64,000 nt of DNA from the NCBI RefSeq assembly GCF_026571515.1, contig NW_026867047.1, positions 310,001-374,000 of the forward strand, in the 5' to 3' direction. Under the pieces are notes generated by a model. The model was not told the DNA's origin. It did no database searches and saw only the letters and a program-made list of their open reading frames with translations. The translations under genes and the position numbers were made by a program. Source of the DNA: Ruditapes philippinarum. Its lineage: Eukaryota. Positions 13,409 to 26,040 of the stretch are shown here, one piece after another; position 1 is the first letter of the stretch; each line of letters opens with the position of its first letter.

Positions 13409-16400
13409 CTACAGATCGCTGAGAGTTCCAGGACCAGGCCCTTCTTTCCAATGTGGTGGCCACGTAGCTTGAACCGACGGTCTCTTGCTGACGGTTTCGT
13501 AGTACCTTTCCAGTTCCGGTTTGTCAGATAATTTTGCCCCGCTCCTCACAAATAACGCTAAATATGGATAGAAAAACACGTCAGCCATTGTGAACTTGCC
13601 CCCGCACAAATAGTCCTTTCCTTTGAGAATTGTGTTCCATCGGTCTAATTCTTCTTTTGCCTTCACTGTCTTTTCTGAAAACAGATTCCTAGTTTCAATA
13701 ATATCTAAGCGTTTTTTTCTTTCTTAACATAACCTGGCCACGAGTTCACAAAAAGTCTGGATTAGGATCTAATCGTATTATAATCCTAAGATAAAAAGAT
13801 GATACATAACAAAATGTAAGAACACCTGCCAAGAAACATAAAGTTGAGGTAAAACAATACATGTTCCTTAAATTAATAGAAAAAAATGGATCAAAATAAG
13901 GATCAATCTTATGTTCAAGATCAATATTTGGATCAAATGTAAAATTCCCTTGGGGGTTTTTCTGCTGATTGTTAACTGGAGTGCAGGTATTTGTTACCCG
14001 CACTCCAGAGCATGCCCATTGATTCATTTATTTTTGCTGGGGTCGTCAGAGAAAGGGAATGCGATAGAAATATCATATTCAGATGCTCGTTCATTGGTTA
14101 CTTTTTTCTGGGGTTTCATATTTTGACAACAGGGATCGTATTTTTATGTTTGGCTATGATATAAAAGAGGAAGAACATAAAAACACTCGGCAATCTGATT
14201 AATACTCGGGGGTTTCGATGCTCTTATTATTACTTATGCCTTCCGAATCGTTTTAAATATTCATGTGCCCCTTACCTTTTAAATATCCATGGTCCAGATC
14301 TTCAGTTTTCGTTATTAACCGGTATCTTACAATGGGTCCATGTATATTTGATATGATGTTAGAAGTTTCAAACATCCTTTGGTAAACTTCGGCTCTCTCG
14401 TTGACATCCTGTGGTAAAAGTCTGTTGGAATTGTCACTGTACTTTTCTTCCAGGTACATGCAAATCGCATCCGACTCATTCACAACGACGTCGCCATCTT
14501 TAAATGTCGGAAGCTAAATAAAAAGTTTGATAAGTTTATTTTCAATAATCCATAAGACTATAAAGCCCATGAGGATATACAATGCATTATATATGGCAAG
14601 ACAGTATAAAGCATAAATGTACAAAACAATTTAAACAACGGAGAAGGTTTACAAATAATTAAATGTCTTCCTAATTAGTTTATGACATCGGATAATTCTT
14701 ACCGAATTTTTACCGAATTTTTAGGTATAAATTTAATCTTACAATGAGATTTTTTTTCAGATATTTTTAGAACAAGATATCTAAGCTTCTTTCAATCGAA
14801 ATTATATCATGTTGGGCCGCATATAATGTTAAATCCGAGGAAAATGTAACATAAAAATTATTCATTATACCCATGTGAAATTTCACATCGAACAAAATGA
14901 AAACCGAAACTCTATTCTATAAGCACAGTTAGGCTTAATTATAAATGCATCTGATAAATACATGCAATATATAGCATAACAACTGTAGCGCCGATATATG
15001 TCCAAACGTCGAAAAATGTCCAAACGACGATAAATGTCCAAAAATTGACGATAAATGTCTCAATCGCCGATAAATGTCCAAAACTCCTTTAACGATAAAT
15101 GTCCAAAAATTAACGAAAAATGTCGCAACAAATTAGGTGCTCATAAATGTCCAAATCGGTCAACGATAAATGTCTCAACTTTCCATATGATAATTGCACT
15201 TATTTCTATGATCAACAGTAATGCATCAGCCGGTTATAAAGGTTTCCATAGGGATTAAAAGTACCGATTTAAGTAGCGTTCTCACCAGCATCCCGGCAAA
15301 GCCCAGGACCACCCCAGACGATCCGGGATGAAAATATTGTTGCAGTCTCAATAACCCCGGTAGCACTACGGCGATACCCAATTTCCATACTTATAACAAC
15401 CAGGATGAACTCCGGGCCATCCATGCAGAGTCCAGTTGAAACTACGGATAATGCAGATAGTAAGTGGACGACGGATGACCTAACGCGATATTCAAACGCT
15501 GTTAAGTCTTCGACCAAAGAGATCATAAAAGCTGAGATCCATGCTAGCACAGCCCCGGATGATGTCGGCAGAGTCCCGGATGATCCCGGCAGAGGCCCAG
15601 TACGGTCAGATAGAGTGCCGACAATCACCGGTAGAGCCCCGGCAGAGCCCTTGATCATCCCGGACGTTGCCGACAGAGTTACAGACGTACCCCGGTCGTT
15701 CCTGGATCACCCGACCGACCACCGGGACTCTAGCGGGATGCTTGTGAGATTGTTAAAAAAGTTTAAAAAATGTATTTGAAAATAATTTGATTGTTGGATA
15801 CAGTCTATCTCCCTTACTATTAAAAGGGGGAAAAAATAAGTTAAACCGAGGTGCATTGTACTGGTGCTTTTACACCGGACACTTAAAAGAACCAGGGTCG
15901 CCTCTGGAACGGGGCGTCTTCTGTATCATGCACTATCCCCCCGAAAAAATAATATACTAACAATCTTCAGGGGACGTTGGTCATATGGGCAACCGGTACC
16001 AACGATAAAAAGTCAAATAAAATAAGTTATTATGCCCCCTTCGAAGAAAGTGGGGGTATATTGCTTTGCCCATGTCGGTCGGTCGGTCCGTCGGTCCGTA
16101 GACCATGCCATTTCCGCTCAATAACTAGACAATGCTTTGGCTGACGGTCCTCATATTTGATGTGGAGGTTGGGCATGACTAGTAGATGACCCCTATTGAT
16201 TTTGGGGTCAGTAGGTCAAAGGTAAAGGTCACAGTGACCTCACCATGAAAAGCTTGTTTTTAGAAGATATTTTGTGTGTAACATTGTCTCATTGACAACT
16301 ACAGGGTTTACTCAATTTATGGACCCATGGGTCACATTGGTTCTGCCCCATGGTAATGATATACATGTATTCCATAACAAATTTACTATGCATTTTTATA

Positions 16401-19400
16401 CACATTTAAAAATATAATGTTATAATATTAAATTGGCTGTGTTTAGGGTGGCATACATGTTTTACAAACATATCTTGTTAACATCTGCATTGCGCTACTC
16501 TACACTTATAGCTATATTCAGTGTCGTCACTCGAACTCAACCTCCACTCAAACTCGGGAAAGGCTTCCTTAAGGACGAATTGAGGACGCCTTGGTCAATG
16601 TGAACTCAAGTGTAGAATTTGTATTCATATTTGAAAGTCTTCCTCGACTTACCCGAGAAAGGTTTGAATAGCAAATCACCCGTAAAATCACTGTTATAGG
16701 TGATCTGTTCAATAAAATATACACTAATTACATAATTCGTACTACTGATGCCCTTTGTTGGTACGAGATTGTAGATATATGGTACAGAAGACCGTAAGAA
16801 ATGGCATCAGTACATTACCGAAGTTACAACCAAGACATAACCAAGTGTAAACAATTAATATATGTGTAAAAACAGTTTAAAGATGAAAATATTCATTGAC
16901 AAGTTGTGATAATTTCAAAATAACGTTTGTCGAATGGAGAAGAAATGTTAAAAGTTTTTGTCAACAGATTAAAATAAATATTACACAGTATTCGAATAGT
17001 AACATTATAATTGCTATATGATGGTGTCATTTAAACATTTATATTATTATACCTCAATATATCCTTCAATGTAAAACTCCCATAGGGCTACAATGTGTTC
17101 TGATCGAATATCACCCTCCTTGAATATATTTCCCGGGGAATATTTCTTATATCACCTTGGAGCACAAAACTCTTACATAACTCATTCATAAAGCGAAAAT
17201 GCCTTAGTACCCAGTTTGCATAATATTATTTATTTCCTATAGTCTGTCTGTCTGTCTGTCTCTTGTTTTTATCTATATACTATTTTTGTGTATATCGAAC
17301 ATTTACAGATCAAAATAGCTATAATTGTGAAGTGATGATCTGTATTTTCTTTCAGGCAAAGACTGCTGACCTAAGGGTTTTTTTTCGGTATAATAAAATA
17401 AATAACACATGGCTGTCGGGGTGAGAGAGGATATTGCCAACCCTTGAACTGGCATATTACCCTCGGCTGCGCCTCGGTGTAATATACCAGTTCTCGTGTT
17501 GACAATATCCTCTATCACCCCGACAGTCATGTGTTAATTATATATTATTATAACGTTACGTTACTTCAATATATCCTTCAATGTAAAACTCCCATAGGCC
17601 TACAATGTGTTCTGATCGAATATCACCCTCCTAGAATATATTCCCCGGGGAATATTTCTTATATCACCCTGGGGCACATAACTCTTACATAACTCTGTAT
17701 TCATAATAGCGATACTGCCTTAGTAACCAGTTAACACAATGCAAAAAATACACATACTAATACAATTTAAATAGTTTATAAAAAATCTTTATTTAGCAAA
17801 GAATCCCACGTGAAAGCGAAAAGTTCTTAGACACTTAGACACTCGACGGACAATGGCAACGCTATATGGGGCACACAAATATTGAAGAACACAACAATGC
17901 TAAAACGTATTGCTTCGGTGAGTTAAGAAGGCACATGCCCCCCCGCGCCCCATCCGGATCTGCAACTGGCCATGCACAATAATGTATGATACATTTTACG
18001 TGGGGGGTAAACCAGAGGGTAAAATCACGGGTTAGTTGGATAGACTGTTACAGTATCCAATACAATAAGTTACAAATTAGCATATGAAAAGTTGAGACAT
18101 TTATCGTTAACCGATATGGACATTTATGAGCACCTAATTTGTTGCGACATTTTTCGTTAATTTTTGGACATTTATCGTTAAAGGAGTTTTGGACATTTAT
18201 CGGCGATTGAGACATTTATCGTCAATTTTTGGACATTTATCGTCGTTTGGACATTTTTCGACGTTTGGACATATATCGGCGCTACAACAACTCAACCCAT
18301 TTCGTGAAAAAATATCTACTATGAGTACTCTCAACTGCACCTATACTGTATACTTAACTCTCAAAGATATTTCATCAAAAATAAGTGAGGGATTCTTGAC
18401 TATAATAAAATCTTGATCTTGTCGAAACGAAACACAAGATCACATATTACTTTTACATTAACACGAAATAAAAGTTTATTTACACATTTAATATCAATCC
18501 AGGTACAATCAATATATAAAGCAAAAAGTATGATTGTGTATAAGTAAGATACAGTACCTAACATGTATGATAAAGTTGACCTTACATGCAATAAACGGCT
18601 ACAAAATTTCGGAGACAAAATAATGATTTTTTAAAAAAAACCTTGACGTCGCCGGATTGTTTTTGTTGTGCACTACCTCCATTTTTTTTCGGAACAATAA
18701 TGTATTTAACATATTTCCCCTTTCTCTAAAGCAAAACACGCACATATGCAAAACAATGGAAATAACAACATTTTCGCATTTAACATATCCCAGTTGTATT
18801 TTTGTTGTTTTTTGTTGTTGTTTTTTGTTCTTGATTGTTTGTTTTGTTTTTGTTGTTTTTGTAGGGTTTTTTTTTTGGTGTGTTTTTTTTTGTTGTTGGA
18901 TATTGAAGGTATAATTTCAGTCTTACAAAACAAAATAAACGTGTCAGTTACAACAACTGTTGTTTTGGATATTGTACTTGCTATTTTTATTGTTGATACT
19001 GGTGTTAGTAACTAAACGTACACATTAGAGTATGAAAGCAATAAAGAATAGGGACCTAACAATAAAAGGCTTTCTACCTCATATTGAAATAAAAACATGT
19101 AAATAAAAATTGTTGCATGTGTCGAGGTGAGAAGATGCGATAATGCAAGAACAAATACTCTAGCTCATACTCTTCAAAACGAAGGTAGTGCGAGTTGTCT
19201 TACTCTCCTGAATATCATAACTCGTCCTAATTTAATACACTTAAAATATAGATAAACATTTCAAGTACTGAATACGTCCGATTTTTTAAAAGTTTTAAAT
19301 ACCAAATCTGTGACGTGACCGTACATGCAAATTTAAAAAAAAATATCGTACTCTAGCTGTTTATTTTTCCATATAAAAAGGAATAAATACATTCAATTTC

Positions 19401-19747
19401 AATTTCTCGTTTTGCTCTTGATACACGCTTTTTTGTATTTTTAGAGTTACGAATTAAGTGTTCCATATAAAGTCACCATTGACTGTATGCATTTGTTCAG
19501 CTCAGTGTTCTAGATTTTTACTACTGTCCTAATTTATGACATGTATATAAATGATAAATAAAGTAATATCTACCTGACCACGTGGGTTAATTGCCAATAT
19601 ATCTGTCCCTTTATGTTGACCCTTGGAAAATTCCAGCATTTTGAACGAACATTTGTCAGAAAGTCCTTTCTCCGCGAGAACTAGCATAGGCCTCCAACAG
19701 GGGGCGGATCCTGACCCCCAATATAAAATCATTTTACCAGACGCCAT
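13409..19747 (-). CDS. gstr: Glutathione S-transferase, rho class, copy 2; 225 aa; complement(join(13409..13674,14276..14513,19574..19747))
   Basis: Same exon sizes (174/238/266), intact GT-AG sites and open frame; 15 aa differences from copy 1 by manual comparison. Confidence 0.93.
16027..16479 (+). mobile_element. Helentron-associated non-autonomous element (HINE/DINE-like), nested in the 14984-18286 element
   Basis: 5' TTATGCCCCCTTCGAAGAAAGTGGGGGTATATTG, then a (GTCG/GTCC)n microsatellite and GGTCA-rich core; 3' GGGTGGCATA subterminal IR plus a small hairpin ending CTTGTT. Confidence 0.65.
17053..17730 (+). repeat. ~165-bp direct repeat pair flanking a long-hairpin element
   Basis: TCAATATATCCTTCAATGTAAAACTCCCATAGG...GCCTTAGTA at ~17053-17214 and ~17566-17730; palindromic segment at ~17402-17540. 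Confidence 0.75.
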
Positions 19748-20210
19748 TTAACACACTACTTGGAAACCGGGAATTAGAACATTAGATCACTCCCGTAGCA
19801 AGTTTGTTGCAACAAATGCATTATCCCCCCTTAATTTGAATTTCAATAGTAAAATACTTTTATTTCATTTTTCATTGAGAGGTTTATTTATATACCTATA
19901 GAAAGAGTGTTCCAATGAAGAATTTGTTCGGGGCAATAAAATAAATAAAACGTAGTTTTGTGAGTTACAGCATAAATATCATCCCTAGTAAAAATACTGT
20001 TACCCTTGGGATTTACGTCTCGGGTAACAGTTTTCCTCGGGATGATATTTTTACTGTAAGTCACAAACCTTAAATATAGTAAGCTGTTAGGCTGTTGTTA
20101 TTTTCAACTATTTGCATTCTTTGATTAATTTTTTTTTTCGCTCACTATAGGTATTCACCGAAACTCTATACTTCTATATTTTCCCCAAAAAACACATAAC
20201 AGTGCATAGT

Positions 20211-21002
20211 GTCCGGACTTTAATTGTTATGCTATAAGACGGACATGTATTGCTAGAAACTGCACTTGTACTGCTAGAAGCCAAACATTAACTGCAACGA
20301 GCCAGACTTGTTCTGTTAGGAGTCGGAATTTTACTGTTAGGAGTCGAACTTGTTTTGCTAGGAGCCAGACTTGTTTTGTTAGAAGCCGGACTTGTTATGC
20401 TAGGAACCGGACATGTTCTGTTAGTAGTCGAACTTGTTCTGCTAGGAGTTGGACTTGTTCTGCTAGGAGTCGGAGTCGGACTTGTTCTGCTAGGAGTCGG
20501 ACTTGTTCTGCTAGGAGTCGGACTTGTTCTGCTAGGAACCGGACTTGTTCTGCTAGGAGCCGGACTTGTTCTGCTAGGAGTCGGACTTGTTCTGCTAGGA
20601 GTCGGACTTGTACTGTTAGGAACCGGACTTGTTTTGCTAGGAGCCGGACTTGTTCTGCTAGGAGTCGGACTTGTTCTGCTAGGAGTCGGACTTGTGCTGT
20701 TAGGAACCGGACTTGTTCTGCTAGGAGCCGAAATTGTAGTGTTAGAAATCGGACTTGTTCTGTTAGGAGTCGAATTTGTTTTGGTAGGAGCCGGACTTGT
20801 TCAGCTAGGAGCCGGACTTGTTATGTTTGGAGTCGAACTTGTTCTGCTAGGAGCCGGACTTGTAGTTTTAGAAATCGGACTTGTTCTGTTAGGAGTCGAG
20901 CTTGTTCTGTTAGGAGCCGGACTTGTTCTGCTAGGGACCGGACTTGTACTGTTAGGAACCGGACTTGTTCTGCTAGGAGCCGGACTTGCACCGCTAGGAA
21001 CC
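20211..21002. repeat. 21-bp minisatellite, paralog of 9552-10433
   Basis: Same unit and same left flank. Confidence 0.92.
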
Positions 21003-21509
21003 AATTTTGATCGACCATACTAGACTATTAATTACTTATCCTAGTTTTATCAGGGTCTATCGTTTACAAATTTTGTTCAAATTTATTGTCTTGTATAAAT
21101 TTGATACGTGTACACGACATTAACTTCAACGGTATGAGATTACTATGTAATCACACCCGGCTGTCAAAATAATAACTTTAAGCTAAATTACACAAGACAC
21201 AGTGGAATGTGTATCAAACTTTGTTTTTCAAGTCATTTTAAGAATAGAAAACCAATGACATGGCTTTAGATACTAGTGTTGTATTACATGTCATTTTAAC
21301 CTGTATAGTATTTAGTTATTACTCTGTATACAGCGACTGATAAGCGTGAAAGATTATTTTCTACACCTTAACAAGACGTTTCTGATTTTGTTGTAAAGAT
21401 TATTAAATGAGTCGCGTCTAGATCTTGCGATATTGAGTACATTGTAGATAGTAATGGGTGACGTTGAGGAAATGACGTCGTTTTTATAATCGATTAAAAC
21501 ATTGAATGT

Positions 21510-22835
21510 AGCGGTTGTGGTAGTTATGGTTGCAGTATCGGTAGCAGCAGTAGTAGAAGTAGTAGTAGTAGTAGTAGTAGTCGTAGTGGTAATTGTAGTG
21601 GTAGTGGTGGTGGTAGTAGTGGTAGTAATGGTAGTAGTAGTAGTAGAAGTAGTAGTGGTAGAAGTAGTAGAAGTAGCAGTAGCAGCAGCAGCAGTATAAA
21701 TAGCAGTATCAGTATAAATAGAAGAATTAGTAACAGTAGCAGTAAAAATGTAGTCACAGTAAAAGGAGTAGTAATAGGAAAGGCAACATAAGTAGTAGTA
21801 GCAGTAGTATAAGAAGTAGTTGCAGAAGAAATAGTAGAGGTTCAAAACATTGTAAAGCATTAGTATAATCAGCAGGAGAAGTAGCTTTGGAAGCAGCAAT
21901 AATGGTAGAAGCGATAGTAAGAAAAGTAGCCAGTAGGGCGGTAGGTTAGTAGTATTAGTAAGAAAAGAAGTGACAGCAGTAGTAACAGCAGCAGTAGCAG
22001 TAGTAATTAAGCAGTAGTAGTAGAAGTAAAAGTCGAAATAGTAGTAGAAGTAGTAGTAGAACTAGTAGTAGTAGTAGCCGTAGCCGTCGTCGTCGTCGTC
22101 GTCGTCGTCGTTGTAGTCGTAGTCGTAGTCGTAGTAGTAGTAGTAGAATGCTCAAATTGCAGAAGAAATAGTATATTTCAAAAAGTAGTTAAGCATTAAG
22201 TAGTGATATCAACAGGAGAAGTAGTCTTTGGAAGCAGCAATAATGGTAGAAGCGACAGTAGTCAGTAGGGCGGTAGGTTAGCAGTATTAGTAAGAAAAGA
22301 AGTGACAGCAATAGTAACAGCAGCAGTAGCAGTAGTAATAAAGCAGTAGTAGTAGAAGTAAAAGTCGAAATAGTAGTAGTAGTAGTGGTAGTAGCAGTAA
22401 CAGTAGTGGTAGTAGCAGCAGAAGCAGTAGAAGCAGTAGAAGGAGTAGTAACAGAAGTAATAGCAAACAGGAAAAGAAACATAAGTAGAAGTAGTAGCAG
22501 TAGTATAAGAAGTAGTTGCAGAAGAAATAGTAGAGGTTCAAAAAGTAGTTAAGCATTAGTAGTATCAACAGGAGAAGTAGCTTTGGAAGCAGCAATAATG
22601 GTAGAAGCGACAGTAGTCAGTAGGGCGGTAGGTTAGCAGTATTAGTAAGAAAAGAAGTGACAGCAATAGTAACAGCAGCAGTAGCAGTAGTAATAAAGCA
22701 GTAGTAGTAGAAGTAAAAGTCGAAATAGTAGTAGTAGTAGTAGTAGTAGAAGTAGTAGTAGTAGTAGTAGCCGTAGCCGTCGTCGTCGTCGTCGTCGTTG
22801 TAGTCGTAGTCGTAGTCGTAGTAGTAGTAGTAGAA
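21510..22835. repeat. (GTA/GCA/GTC)n triplet-derived array with ~340-355 bp higher-order repeats
   Basis: Block ...TTTGGAAGCAGCAATAATGGTAGAAGCGA recurs at ~21880, ~22220 and ~22575. Confidence 0.9.
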
Positions 22836-23504
22836 TGCTCAAATTTGATATTTGAAAAAAAAGATAATTGATATACAGTCTTTTTGTAAATATAAAATAA
22901 ACATGTTTTGACTTCACACAAAAAATATATACTATGTTTTAAATCCTACATACTATAAGTGGACATACTATAAATATATAGTTAGAAACAGGCAGTTTGT
23001 TTAAGAAAGGACCAGCTTTTCTTAACCCGTAATAAGGAACGCAGAATCCAATACATAGTTTGTATGTTCGTAAAGCTTTTATTTAAATAAGGCATATTCA
23101 GTAATAATTTGAAAGAGTTGCAACATAAATATTTAACTCAAAAAAGAGCTGAGTATATCTTTTAAAACAAGGGTCCGAAAATATATACACAAAAAAGGCA
23201 TATTAATGATATATCCTTTAATAATACAACACCATATTATGCAATTTTTGTTCATACAAATGGGAAAAATAAATATAACTATAATTCTTGTATATACATG
23301 TATACCTCAGTATATTAAAATATTAAAGAAAAAAAAACAATTATCATAAACAGCATGATGAAAAAGATTTTAAAATTAAATGAATTTCATGTATATCGAA
23401 TAAGTATGCAAGTATGCAAGTAAATTTTATAAATTAAAAAAAGGGAATAAAGTCATTTTAGGTTCATGCAAAGACATATTGGTGAAAACATCTCCTACAT
23501 GTAG

Positions 23505-26040
23505 TTACAAATCCTTATTAAGTAAATCAGGACCAGGACCCTCTTTCCAATGCGGTGGCCAGGTGGCTTGAACCGATGGCCTCCCACAGATGCTGTCATA
23601 GTACCTGTTAAGCTCCGGATGTCCTGATAACGTCGCACCGAGTCTTTTTAAGATTGCCAAAAAAGGGATAAAGAAAACGTCACCCATTGTAAACTCGTTG
23701 CCGCACAAGAATTCCTTGCCGACAAGCATCTTGTTCCATCGGTCCAACTCCTCTTTGGCCTTGGCAACATTTTCTGAAACAAAATTATCCAGGCATGTAT
23801 TTATAACCGACAAAATAGGGAGTTTTAATGACAATTTTTGCACATATTGTTGTTCACCAAATATCCTGCGATAGAACAGTAAAACTTGATGAAAGTTACG
23901 GTATATTTTCATAGGGGTTTCTGTTTATGTACAAAGGCTTCTACGGATGTACTGTATCTTTCTACGTTTGTCCGAAAAGTTACGTAGACCTGTGTATGTA
24001 CAGTGCCTTTCTACGTGTACAGTCAGTTAAATGTTTCTACAGTGTCTTTCTATTTACCTATACATACAGTTCCTTCTACGTTTATACAGTGCCTATTTAG
24101 GTTTGTACAGTGACTTATGATGGTAGTACAGTGACTTCTACGTCTGTACAGTGCCTTTTTCGTTTGTACAGTGAAATCTACGTTTCTACAGTGATTTCTA
24201 CGTTTCTACAGTGATTTCTACGTTTGTACAGTATCTTCTTCGTTTGTACAATGATTTATACGTTTCTACAGTGACTCTACGTTTGCACAGTGACTTCTAC
24301 GTTAGTGCAGTGACTCTGCGTTTGCACAGTGACGTCTACGTTTGAACAGTGTCTTCTACGTTTTACAATGCCTTTCTGCAGTGACATTAATGTTTTTCTT
24401 GTGCATACTTTGTTTCTGAAGCTCAATTCCCTGTTTGTACTGTACATTCGACATTTCTGCAGTGACTTCTACCTATGTATAGTGATTTCTACGTGTGTTT
24501 CGTGTCTTATTTGTCTGTTTAGAGCATTTCTATGCGTTTGTTTTGTGCATTGTACGTGTTTACGGTTGATTTTACATGAGTACAGTGCCTTTCTATGTGT
24601 GTATAAATATTTTAACTAGAACAGACAGACAGACAGACAACTAAGATACGCCATGATCTACCATTATGAAGCATGAGTACGAATATAGTTTTAAAAAAGT
24701 TAAATATCCGGTTATAACGAGACCCGGTTATAACGAGGAACCATGCAAAGTCTCGTCCCGTAGTGGACTGTAGTTAAGTTAATATTATTTAATATATACA
24801 AACCTTTAGTTTTTTCTTCGTCTAATGGTGCGCCTTTATTTTGCATCCGGGGTCTCACAAGTGTCTCCATGATGTTGCTGACTATATTATGTACTTCAAA
24901 CATCCTTTGGTACACCTCGGCTCTTTTCCCTACATCGCTTGGGAAAAGTTTGTTCCTGTCATTGAACTTTTCTTCCAAGTACATACAAATCGCACCCGAC
25001 TCATTAACTGTTACGTCGCCATCTTTAAAGGTTGGGAGCTGAAAACAATACAGAGTAAACTTTCAATAATATTATATTTTGTAACTTGAATAAGAAAACA
25101 ATATTTTTATATCGATGAACTTGAATGATGGTTCTTAAACTGTTTCTTTGTCATTTTTGAATAACTAAAATGACTGTAAATATTGCATGTTTGTAACGAT
25201 CAATTTCTATTGGATTATCATCACGTTGATAGTATTTATATACATGGCTGTTGAAGATTTAAGAAATATTTTCAATTTTAATATTTAAAGCAATTATGGC
25301 CGCATGAGATATACAAGAGACTTTCTCCCCGTTGTACCCTCCCTCTGACTCCCCCCCCCCCACCCCCTCACCCAAGCAATTTTATGGCTGCATTATATAA
25401 ACTAGAGATTCTTTCTACGTTTTCCTCTCCCTCTGCCCTGCCGCCGCTACTCACCCCCCCCCCCCTTCTCCCACCCACAAACACACAGCGAGACAACCGG
25501 TGGGAAATATAAAAAGCCGTCAATACTGGGTCACATAACATGTAAAAAATCTTTACCATTAATAATCATCTTAATCATTGATAATATGCATCAAGACCTA
25601 CTTTTAATACAAGATAATTTTATATCATCCAGAGTATATAATTATATACATGTACTAGTACATGAACGATCGAATCGTTCACGATCTCAAGATGCCTTAC
25701 AATACTTTGGTTTGTACGTTAAAAAATTAAGACTTAAAATACCTAACGACTATATATCATTTTGAATTCTCATTGTAAAAAAGTCAGTATACGTGTGCAT
25801 ATAGTATCGTTGTTCTATTTTATGAACCAATATACATGCATGTAATAACTATTAAAAATGATTTACCTGTCCTCGCGGATTTAACGCCATTACGTCGCTA
25901 CCTTTATGCTCCTTCTCGGAGAATTTCAGCATTTTTTTCGGGCATTCATCCCAAAGTCCTTTCTCTGCCAAAACTAGCATAGCCTTCCAGCATGGTGGCG
26001 AGCCTGATCCCCAGAAGAAAAACATGTCTTTCGCCGCCAT
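23505..26040 (-). CDS. gstr: Glutathione S-transferase, rho class, copy 3 (older paralog); 225 aa; complement(join(23505..23773,24804..25038,25867..26040))
   Basis: Exons of 174+235+269 nt = 226 codons with the same intron positions and phases. Motifs FWGSGSPPCWK, NPRGQLPTF, NESGAICMYLE, FTMGDVFF, RPSVQATWPPHW. Confidence 0.93.
23930..24600. repeat. ~20-bp minisatellite (TACAGTGACTTCTACGTTTG) in GST3 intron 2
   Basis: Direct inspection; degenerate at the edges. Confidence 0.85.

Larger units (their letters stand above)
14984..18286. mobile_element. Non-autonomous DNA transposon, TGT...ACA ends, ~200-bp TIRs, 5-bp TSD, in GST2 intron 1
   Basis: Left TGTAGCGCCGATATATGTCCAAACGTCG...; right ...CGACGTTTGGACATATATCGGCGCTACA. 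TIRs (~14984-15190 and ~18080-18286) are built of CGATAAATGTC repeats. TSD ACAAC at 14979-14983 and 18287-18291. Absent from GST1 intron 1. Confidence 0.9.
10434..21002 (+). repeat. Tandem segmental duplication, copy 2 (contains GST gene 2); right end approximate
   Basis: Collinear with 1763-10433 apart from TE insertions and indels; homology runs out within the 21-bp array that ends at ~21002. Confidence 0.85.

Noticed and set aside
15269-15779. Two overlapping ~125-aa ORFs
   Set aside because: GC-rich repeat cargo inside a non-autonomous transposon; no domain motifs.
21354-22921. Mucin-like poly-Thr, poly-Leu and poly-Val ORFs
   Set aside because: Triplet microsatellite translations.
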